This document shows positions 17,901-23,389 of a DNA stretch of 32,000 bases, one piece after another. Under the pieces are notes generated by a model. The model was not told where the DNA came from, did no database searches, and saw nothing but the letters and a program-made list of their open reading frames with translations. The DNA is from Geotalea daltonii FRC-32. GTDB taxonomy: Bacteria; Desulfobacterota; Desulfuromonadia; Geobacterales; Geobacteraceae. Position numbers and translations under genes: made by a program. The stretch is from contig NC_011979.1 in assembly GCF_000022265.1 (NCBI RefSeq), forward strand, positions 870,001 to 902,000, in the 5' to 3' direction. Each line of letters begins with the position of its first letter. Within the stretch, counting starts at the first letter, position 1.

Positions 17901-19961
17901 TCCTATGCCTTCACCGGCCAGATCGATACCGCCAGCCTCTCTGCCAAGGATTACCTCGTCATTCTTCGTGGTACCATCAATGGCTTAGAAGAAACAATCG
18001 GGGGTACCTATTTCCGTGTCGAAGGCGCACCATCAGCCCCCGCCCTTGCCGGACCTGCAGAGGGTTCCGATGTGGCAACCTTTACACCGCAGCTGTCGGT
18101 GAACAATGCCGCCGATCCCAATGATGACAAGGAGACGTATCAGTTCGAGGTTTATGCCGACGGTGGTCTGTCCAGCCTCGTTACTTCCTCGGCCTCTGTC
18201 CAGGAAGGGAACGGCATAACCGCTTGGTCAACGTCCGTGCCACTCACCGAAAACCAGACCTACTACTGGCGGGCCAGGGCCTATGACGGCAAACTGTATG
18301 GACCATGGATGACTACCGCATCCTTCCGGGTCAACATTGCCAACGATCCGCCCACGGCACCGACCATAGCGGCCCCTGCCGATGGTGCCGCCGTGGCCGT
18401 CTTCGGTCCAACGCTGACCATCAACAATTCTTCCGACCCCGACAGCACGAGCCTCACCTACAACTTCGCCGTCGCACTGGATCCCGAGTTCACCAACATC
18501 ATAGCCTCAACCCCCAGCGTTGCTTCCGGAGAAGCGACCACCTCCTGGGCCGTACCTGTGACCCTCCAGGAGAACGGCTGGTACCATTGGCGAGCCCAAG
18601 CCGATGACTGGCAGATGGAAGGACCCTGGTCGCAAACGGTGCGCTTCCAGGTCAACACCGCCAACGATGCCCCGACGACACCGGTCATCACGGCACCCCT
18701 CAACGGCTCGACTGTGGCCGCTTTGACAACCCATGTGGCGATCGCCAACAGCACCGATCCCGACTCGTCTGTCATTACCTATTACTTCGAAGCGGATACG
18801 GTATCCACCTTCGATTCGCCGAACATTATCCGCTCCGGCAGTTTAACGGCAGGGGAGGGGAGCACCACCTGGAATCTGAGCGGTCTTTCGGACAACACCC
18901 GTTATTACCTTCGCGTCAAGGCAAGTGACGGGGCAGCGGAAAGCACCTGGTCGGAAACCATCAGCTTCTTTGCCAATACCGTCAACGATCCACCCACGAC
19001 TCCCACACCGGCCAATCCCTCCGATGGGGCAGGGGTGAATCAATACAGCCCGACCTTGTCGGTGCACAATGCCGCCGACCTTGACCACGATCCACTGACC
19101 TACGAGTTTGAGGTCTATGCCGATGCCGCCTTGACCAGCCTCGTCAGCCGGGCAGCCGGTGTCATTGAGACAGCCGCAGTCACCAGTTGGACTGTTCCGG
19201 CGACACTGGCGGAGAACCAGACCTACTACTGGCGGGCGCGCGCCTTCGATGGTTACCTCACCAGCGATAAATGGACTCAAACGATGAGCTTCATGGTCAA
19301 CACCGCCAACGATGCACCCGGCGCACCTAAACCGGCCTTGCCTGCCGAAGGGAGCAGTGTTTCAACGCCGACGCCGACCCTGACCATTGCCAATGCCGCA
19401 GATCCGGACAGTTCCATACAGAGCTACGATTTCGAGATCTATGCGGGCCCGACACTGGCAGCGACAGTCACAGGCATCCCCCAAGACGCCTCGGGGCTCA
19501 CCTCCGTTACCCTGACCACGCCCCTTACCGACAACACCGCGTACCAGTGGCGTGCCAGGGCATTCGACGGTGCCCTCTACGGTGCCTGGTCCCATATGGC
19601 GAGCTTCACCGTGCATTTGCCGGTGACAAGCATAGGCGCCACCATCGACTTCGACCCCGATACCCTCAATCCCAAGAGCAACGGCACCTGGGTCACCGTG
19701 CGCATCGAACTGCCGGAGGGCTACAATCCTTCAGACATCGACATTGCATCCATCAGGCTTGAAGGGGCAATATCGGCAGAGCTTCGTCCCTACGCCGTCG
19801 GCGATTGCGACAAGGACGGCATCAAAGATCTGATGGTGAAGTTCAGGCGGAGCGAGGTGATTAACCTGCTGCCGAGCGGTGACAGGGTTCCGGTGCACGT
19901 GACCGGCAAGGTCGGCTCTGTGGTCTTCGAAGGGGTCGATCTGATCAGGGTTATGCAGTAG
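11940..19961 (+). CDS. Giant secreted multidomain surface protein (prenyltransferase/terpene-cyclase-like toroid + CARDB x8 + FG-GAP propeller + Ig-like repeats + 5 tandem modules)
   Basis: 2,673 aa. GTG start behind an AAGGAGGG RBS (11929-11936). Signal peptide ...FIVVTPLCAQ. QxxDGxW-type repeats present (SQSPDGTWT, QNPDGGWGF, QNADGGFGA, QSANGSWND). CARDB signatures present (PDL...ISP...G..V...V.N.G...LYDGDP..GG...DP.N.V.E..E.NN). DxDGDG..E FG-GAP loops present. Confidence 0.9.
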   Translation: MSNKGFSIFLAAFLIAFIVVTPLCAQLPAVSNGINYLISSQSPDGTWTTGTSEVETTASTVSVLQTFRLLNQTSSGSYVSGSSWLQAQSPQGVNAIAERLGALKTTDSSLQTLISVLDINRNAWGGDAEYDLNNLDTASALKALKHVDYSDQPLIFKVINHLLSTQNPDGGWGFIKGNDSNAEDTARVLSTLALFKGVYIADAQLASAVSYLLSNQNADGGFGAGGSTVYESALAFIAIMECGQGELVPLQNAVNYLNSTQSANGSWNDDPYSTALAIRALALVKPELAIAATDIVVSPSASTVGQNVTVTATVHNTGLEGAANVVLRLLDNGTVVSEQTIAAVGPGGTAQAVFAISAIDPAGEHVLSVVVDPANAIDETSKANNSATARIWAKTPPDLAVLPENLTISPAYPKPGDTITLTAAIANLGESAAGAFTADLYDGDPNSGGVKLGSFKLPGVAGGEWGTGTVTFSFAAEGSRTLYLVVDPQHVVNELITANNSSSKTITVSATAGSFFDLSIPMNGVQVNPARPHAGETVTVTLLARNMGAETTTADLELFDGDPATGGTLLHKSIVTLSTGETRTVSVPWQVTAGSHTLHAYLDRANAVSERDETNNSQSLTVMADMVDIEISASDIAIEPEHPMDGDPASVKVTIQNRGIKATGPFNVNLYNGDPSNGGTLLKTFPVIDLAGDASQTITYPFTAARGTYRFHAVCDPENTVTELSEDNNLAIRSLLVKTSAEAAGPDLVPLEFDFSAVTIDPQSLHISGLAKVRFQNKGDDKVNTTFRITVFEDKDGDGVYTEGTDVALGNWDYTASMNPNMVGIVNVMLDGSLTFRDAPIYAEVDSEEVVFEQDEDNNTIRKGSACEARPASPIEPVLKWKWERANDSMFGRLLSTPVVISLTDDNGDGRIDDNDRPVVLVNTRYGDYQTNEGKLWAFDGQTGALIFGRYVQGQTTSEDSYPIVGDIDGDWKPEIVFTTYYNNGGLTNLTALENDGTFKWNNAAQVTSWYQANRLNIPYGGNHDLPVLSDIDNDGHAEIIDARTVINWDGSVRCAPDYRQSSGLGWTTGFGYSNSVADLDMDGKQEIIAGNNAFNSDCTTKWYNASLPDGLTSIGNFDDDPYPEIVLLNVNGSPGTALYLLEHDGKIKWGPVVIRQLEETSYSGHGGHPVIADLDGDGKAEIGISGLNKYFILDRDGRVKTTISYPLSGSSSAVAPAVFDLDGDGRPEVLFSDNSNFMIFDGKDGTLRYKETTGFYSYYPSQSVIIADVNGDGHAEAVITGNNGYGTMSGNIRVYGAKNNDWVNTRRIWNQASYHVTNINIDGSIPQYEAPSWLLNNNYRYQVPVGTSTGNPYVAADLSASFIRTDMGNYPSSVTITARIGNGGAKAIDPGVKTSFYDGDPANGGALIGTAITTKTLNPGDFEDMSIVWNAPRERNHTIYVAADPDNTVAECDKANNTAFMATYVTNGQPDLSIAAEDVVTHSAIYEGSLTDIWVTVRNSGTLLAENILLRLYNGNPASGGTMVGERTIPSIAAGGAATLTINWNTLGAKGANYLYAVVDPTGTINESNEGSNTAIRDVMVGPADKPDLQIAAEDMVIAPASPREGDTVTINATVHNRGSQAGNVIIALYDGNPTAGGVKRGETVIPQSMANGGGAGVSFTVDTIGQAGSHTFYLHIDPENIISESEETNNQAARAITITPAWISAGITTDKTNYSANEPVYTTLTLAEQGGSARTVVYDLQVLDEKGAPAATLPESTVSLGAGAGQTVPIPWNTGATYAGPYTLTVRIKESGSNIAKASAPITIAPVKTADISVTVDKTSYSAKEPVAIVTTVTGNSPNYIFSDATATTSILDGTGQTLFSTTKAIFSLANGQRIEIRNYWNTATLAPGSYPVVTEVKDSLGVVIASASQAVTITGPTPSAALAGQVTVDKQSVMAGEQITITGNLTNKGNTDLATVTVKVLTVHTANQNVYNTLSYETALTMGASYAFTGQIDTASLSAKDYLVILRGTINGLEETIGGTYFRVEGAPSAPALAGPAEGSDVATFTPQLSVNNAADPNDDKETYQFEVYADGGLSSLVTSSASVQEGNGITAWSTSVPLTENQTYYWRARAYDGKLYGPWMTTASFRVNIANDPPTAPTIAAPADGAAVAVFGPTLTINNSSDPDSTSLTYNFAVALDPEFTNIIASTPSVASGEATTSWAVPVTLQENGWYHWRAQADDWQMEGPWSQTVRFQVNTANDAPTTPVITAPLNGSTVAALTTHVAIANSTDPDSSVITYYFEADTVSTFDSPNIIRSGSLTAGEGSTTWNLSGLSDNTRYYLRVKASDGAAESTWSETISFFANTVNDPPTTPTPANPSDGAGVNQYSPTLSVHNAADLDHDPLTYEFEVYADAALTSLVSRAAGVIETAAVTSWTVPATLAENQTYYWRARAFDGYLTSDKWTQTMSFMVNTANDAPGAPKPALPAEGSSVSTPTPTLTIANAADPDSSIQSYDFEIYAGPTLAATVTGIPQDASGLTSVTLTTPLTDNTAYQWRARAFDGALYGAWSHMASFTVHLPVTSIGATIDFDPDTLNPKSNGTWVTVRIELPEGYNPSDIDIASIRLEGAISAELRPYAVGDCDKDGIKDLMVKFRRSEVINLLPSGDRVPVHVTGKVGSVVFEGVDLIRVMQ
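12798..14530 (+). repeat. Array of five CARDB-like domains (protein-level tandem repeat)
   Basis: Unit starts lie near 12798, 13125, 13485, 13818 and 14175. Each ends in an acidic-NN motif (KANNSA, ANNSSS, ETNNSQ, EDNNLA, EDNNTI). Confidence 0.75.
14562..15975 (+). repeat. FG-GAP/VCBS-type beta-propeller region (~8 blades)
   Basis: Eight Ca-loop-like motifs: DDNGDGRIDD, GDIDGDWKPEIV, SDIDNDGHAEII, ADLDMDGKQEII, GNFDDDPYPEIV, ADLDGDGKAEIG, FDLDGDGRPEVL, ADVNGDGHAEAV. Confidence 0.75.
16005..17043 (+). repeat. Second array of three CARDB domains
   Basis: Unit starts lie near 16005, 16350 and 16701, with FYDGDPANGG, LYNGNPASGG and LYDGNPTAGG cores. The units end KANNTA, EGSNTA and ETNNQA. Confidence 0.75.
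18027..19616 (+). repeat. Five tandem 98-110-aa modules (FN3/Ig-like, YYWRARAxDG signature)
   Basis: Unit starts lie at about 18027, 18357, 18678, 18999 and 19323. The shared pattern is P..G..V....P.L...NA.DPD...L.Y.FE.Y...L.......W.V...L.EN..YYWRARA.DG...W....F.VNTANDAP. Conserved DNA blocks include AACCAGACCTACTACTGGCGGGC at about 18253 and 19216. Confidence 0.8.
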
Positions 19962-19984
19962 AAGGTAATCAAAACTATGAATAT

Positions 19985-20029
19985 GGGGTGGCTGCAGCTA
20001 GTTCGGCTGCAGCCACCCCTCTATTTTTA
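19985..20029 (+). terminator. Rho-independent terminator closing the 8016-19961 gene string
   Basis: 14-bp GC-rich stem GGGGTGGCTGCAGC / GCTGCAGCCACCCC with a 7-nt loop, followed by TCTATTTTTA. Confidence 0.85.
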
Positions 20030-20111
20030 GCAACAGATTTTTTCTGCCTCCTAATCCGTTGTATAAAGACAAATCACTGAATTTTGCCTTCGAACTGCCG
20101 ATAAGCAAGGC

Positions 20112-21125
20112 ATGAACCAGAAATTCCCCGAATATCAGCCCTTCTTTCACAAGGGTTTGCGCATCGAGATCGGTATCCCGCAGCCAAGCGGCGACATTTT
20201 CCGTGACTGGGCCATTATCAAGGACTACCAGGAAGACACCATCCTTGTTCAGCTCTCCCGCGACTATCTCCCCGCCAATGTCAAGGTCAATGTCAGTTCC
20301 ATCCTTGACGCCAGCGTCCGCATAGATCAGCAGATTTATACCTGCACCAGCATCGTCACCGAACGTCAGGGGGAGCGGAACCTGCGCATCAGACTGTTCG
20401 GGTTGTTGACCCTGAAGGAGCGGCGGCAGTTTTTCCGTTTGGAGTGTACCTTCAATTTTCGCTTTACTGACCCGGATCTGCGTCTTCGCGAAGAGGTTGA
20501 GGCGGAGTGGCAGAATTGGCGTCAACTGGAGCTGATGAAGCTGCAAGGCTATGATGATTTTTCCGTAGCTGCCCGACAGGCGGAACACCAGGCCAACCAC
20601 CCACCACACGTCTGGCACGACAGCAGCAACATTCCGATCGTCCTTGGCGGAGGGGGGATGGGGTTTAAGCTGGACAAAAGGCTGAAACCGGAAAGCCTTC
20701 TGCACATGGAGCTGTACCTGCCGCTGTCACCGCCACGTACCATTCACACAGTGGCCGAGGTCGCCTATGTGCTTGATCCCGTAGAAACGTCCGAAAACAG
20801 CACGGTCTATTATCGTACCGGTTTTAAGTTCATTCGGTTGGAGGAGCGGGACCGGGATGATGTCTTCCGCTACATTTCCCAGATGCAGCTGATCCGGCTG
20901 AGGGAAATGAGCGAGAATCGCCCGTTTCAGTCTCCATACGATAAGGCAGAAAAACGACAAGGCGTGGACTGGGAGCGGATCTTGCTGCGCGCCCTTTATG
21001 TGCTGTTAGTGGTTGCAGTATGCCTGTGGATCGGCAAGCTGCTCCTGGCTTACCGAGAGCGGGGCAATACCAACGAAATCAAGACCATCTATGAAAAGTC
21101 CCTCAAGAAGTATCGGAAGGAATAA
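20112..21125 (+). CDS. PilZ-domain protein (YcgR-like two-barrel layout), atypical, with a C-terminal TM anchor
   Basis: 337 aa. KERRQFFRLE matches the PilZ RxxxR motif. LGGGGMGF sits where D/NxSxxG is expected. C-terminal hydrophobic helix ILLRALYVLLVVAVCLWIGKLLLAY. Confidence 0.65.
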   Translation: MNQKFPEYQPFFHKGLRIEIGIPQPSGDIFRDWAIIKDYQEDTILVQLSRDYLPANVKVNVSSILDASVRIDQQIYTCTSIVTERQGERNLRIRLFGLLTLKERRQFFRLECTFNFRFTDPDLRLREEVEAEWQNWRQLELMKLQGYDDFSVAARQAEHQANHPPHVWHDSSNIPIVLGGGGMGFKLDKRLKPESLLHMELYLPLSPPRTIHTVAEVAYVLDPVETSENSTVYYRTGFKFIRLEERDRDDVFRYISQMQLIRLREMSENRPFQSPYDKAEKRQGVDWERILLRALYVLLVVAVCLWIGKLLLAYRERGNTNEIKTIYEKSLKKYRKE

Positions 21126-21145
21126 TGATGGGGAACTGGTAGGGG

Positions 21146-21730
21146 CTATCGTTTGAAGACGTTTTCCGTGCCGCTTCTCAACCGCCGGATGTTTTCTCGG
21201 TGTTTAAAGACAACCAGGGCTGCTATTATCACTGACATGGTGATAAGCAGCCCTTTTTTTTCAATAAGGGCGACAAGAAAAGGTATGGCGGCTGCGGCCG
21301 TGATGGAGGCAAGGGAGACGTAACGCCATTTGATCAGGGTAAAGACGAAGATGGCCAGGGCTGCAAGTACTGAAAGGGGGGATATGCCGATGAAGACGCC
21401 GAGGGCGGTGGCGACCCCTTTTCCTCCCTTGAAGCGGAGGAAAACGGTGTAGACATGACCAAGAAATGCGGCCAGACCTGTTGCCGCGACCCAAATCTCC
21501 GGAAGCTGCAGATGGCGGGCGATGAGCACCGGGATAAGCCCTTTCAGGCAATCGCCGATGAGGGTCATGATGCCGACTCTGCGGCCAAGGGTACGGTACA
21601 CGTTTGTAGCGCCGATGTTGCCGCTGCCGGTCGTACGGATGTCGACGCCGACTGCCTTGGCAAGAAGCAGCCCTGTAGGGATCGATCCTAAAAGATAGGC
21701 GCCTATGATGAGCACTATTTCGCTGGTCAC
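21146..21730 (-). CDS. plsY: Glycerol-3-phosphate acyltransferase PlsY
   Basis: 194 aa. GSIPTGLLLAK...TGSGNIGATNVYRTLG...FKGGKGVAT is the canonical PlsY signature. Confidence 0.95.
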   Translation of the reverse strand: MTSEIVLIIGAYLLGSIPTGLLLAKAVGVDIRTTGSGNIGATNVYRTLGRRVGIMTLIGDCLKGLIPVLIARHLQLPEIWVAATGLAAFLGHVYTVFLRFKGGKGVATALGVFIGISPLSVLAALAIFVFTLIKWRYVSLASITAAAAIPFLVALIEKKGLLITMSVIIAALVVFKHRENIRRLRSGTENVFKR

Positions 21731-21800
21731 GTATAAACTCCTGGGTTTAATGAGGACTGCGCATTCTAGCTGATTTCTCCGAATGGTGCAAGGGGTGGGG

Positions 21801-22238
21801 TCATGCAGGACGCTGCCGTTCCGGTTTGGCTTTTAAATAAACGACGATTGCCGCCGCCAATAAAACCACATCCCGCAGCAGTGCCTGCCAGGCGGATGTT
21901 TTATCCCCTCCGCCTTGCTTGAAGCAGCCGCAGTCGATATCAAGCCCCCTGACCAGAGCCGCTGACAGGGCGATGATGAAGACGACGTTGAGGAGGATGA
22001 CCAGTGCCGACGCGGCCCTGAGCCGCCAGCCGATGATGAGCAGCAGCCCGCAGCAGATCTCCAGCCAGGGGAGAATGGCTGCTGCCAAATAGTTTGCCCA
22101 GTAGGGAAGCAGTTGATAGGCGGCGATATTGCCGGCAAAGGCGACGATGTCGTCAGCCTTGAGTGCGCCCGCATAGACGAAGACGGTGCCGAGCGCAACA
22201 CGTATGATACTTACCATATGTCTGCCCATCAGGTTCAT
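21801..22238 (-). CDS. MauE/DoxX-family membrane protein
   Basis: 145 aa with four TM helices and a DCGCF motif typical of MauE-like proteins. Its start overlaps the rhodanese stop by 4 nt. Confidence 0.8.
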   Translation of the reverse strand: MNLMGRHMVSIIRVALGTVFVYAGALKADDIVAFAGNIAAYQLLPYWANYLAAAILPWLEICCGLLLIIGWRLRAASALVILLNVVFIIALSAALVRGLDIDCGCFKQGGGDKTSAWQALLRDVVLLAAAIVVYLKAKPERQRPA

Positions 22239-22747
22239 GGTTTACCCCCTTCGACAGCGTAGCCTGCGTCCTTCCATTCGGGAAATCCTCCGAGAAAGAC
22301 ATAGACATTTCCATAACCGGCTTTGATCAGCCTGTTGCCCAGGTCCATGCTGTCATGGCAGTCAAAGCCGTTGCAGTATACGATCAGGGTGGCATCGGGT
22401 TTTACCTCACCCTTGAAACGGGACAGACTCGCGTCGAAGTCCCCCAGGGGCAGCGACAGTGCCCCCTTGATGTGGCCGGCGGCGAAGTCAGTCTTGTCTC
22501 TGGCATCGACAAGGGTCGCTTCCCGTCGGTCATACAGCTCCTTTGTCTGCTGCAGCCCCAAGGGAAGCGGGGTGGTGGCCGCTGTTGGCTGAGGTGATGT
22601 TTCGCTTGTCCCTGTACTTTGCACAGGCTTTCCTGCCAGCATGTCCCGGAGAAGCTGGTGATTCCAGGTGATGCCGATGGTTGAAGCCAGGATGAAGATG
22701 ATGGCCATCTCACCGAAAAGCTGAATTTTCTCTTTGATGTGGATCAT
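22235..22747 (-). CDS. Membrane-anchored rhodanese-domain sulfurtransferase
   Basis: 170 aa. An N-terminal TM is followed by a rhodanese fold (LVDARDKTDFAAGHIKGALSLP) with active-site loop YCNGFDCHDS. 4-nt overlap with the LysE gene. Confidence 0.85.
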   Translation of the reverse strand: MIHIKEKIQLFGEMAIIFILASTIGITWNHQLLRDMLAGKPVQSTGTSETSPQPTAATTPLPLGLQQTKELYDRREATLVDARDKTDFAAGHIKGALSLPLGDFDASLSRFKGEVKPDATLIVYCNGFDCHDSMDLGNRLIKAGYGNVYVFLGGFPEWKDAGYAVEGGKP

Positions 22748-23370
22748 GCGTTGCGCTCCGAAAAGGCCAGACTGAGGCCGATACCGATAAAAGTGACTCC
22801 GGCGGCACTGTTCAGGTGGCGGCTAACCGCAGGCCGCTTCCTCAGCCATTTGCCGAGATTCCCGGAGCAGAGTGCGATCAGGCAGAAGATGACCAGCGTC
22901 TCCAGCATGAACAGGCCTCCCAGGGCCAGTGCCTGGAGTTCCCCATGCCCCAGCGTCGGTTGAATGAACTGGGGCAGGAATGAAAGAAAGAACAGGGAGA
23001 CCTTCGGGTTGAGCAGATTGGCGAGGACGCTCTGGCAGTACACCCGGCGCAGGCCGCTAGACTGATCAGTGGTGTCGCTGACAATGAGCGGTTCCCGGTT
23101 GCGCAGGGTGCGGTATCCCAGGTAAAGCAGATAGCCGGCCCCGGCAAACTTGATCACGCCGAAGAGGAGGTCGGAAGAGCGGATTACTGCTGCCAGGCCG
23201 AAAGCCACCACCATGGTATGGCCGATGAGCCCGGTGGTGAAGCCGAAAGCTGCGGCCAGTGCGGCATTCCTCCCCTGTGCTATGCCCCTGGTGAGGATAT
23301 AGATGTTATCGGGGCCTGGAGCTAGGGTGAGCAGTATGGATGCCGTGAGAAACAGGAAGATATTCGTCAT
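22744..23370 (-). CDS. LysE/RhtB-family amino-acid exporter
   Basis: 208 aa. The N-terminus FLTASILLTLAPGPDNIYILTRG is the family hallmark. Confidence 0.9.
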   Translation of the reverse strand: MTNIFLFLTASILLTLAPGPDNIYILTRGIAQGRNAALAAAFGFTTGLIGHTMVVAFGLAAVIRSSDLLFGVIKFAGAGYLLYLGYRTLRNREPLIVSDTTDQSSGLRRVYCQSVLANLLNPKVSLFFLSFLPQFIQPTLGHGELQALALGGLFMLETLVIFCLIALCSGNLGKWLRKRPAVSRHLNSAAGVTFIGIGLSLAFSERNA

Positions 23371-23389
23371 GTAAGTGCCTTTTCGCCAA

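Noticed and set aside
12183-19616. Many long minus-strand and off-frame ORFs inside the giant gene, for example 12618-13538 (306 aa), 13605-14237 (210 aa), 14388-14957 (189 aa) and 18843-19280 (145 aa).
   Set aside because: These are shadow ORFs of a GC-rich repetitive gene. Their translations are low-complexity (R/G/P/A-rich), carry no motifs and have no RBS. The + strand frame gives a continuous, domain-structured protein.
19998-20705. Minus-strand 235-aa ORF overlapping the PilZ gene.
   Set aside because: It would begin inside the PilZ gene and end inside the terminator hairpin, and it shows no motifs. The + strand ORF carries RxxxR and a PilZ-like glycine motif.
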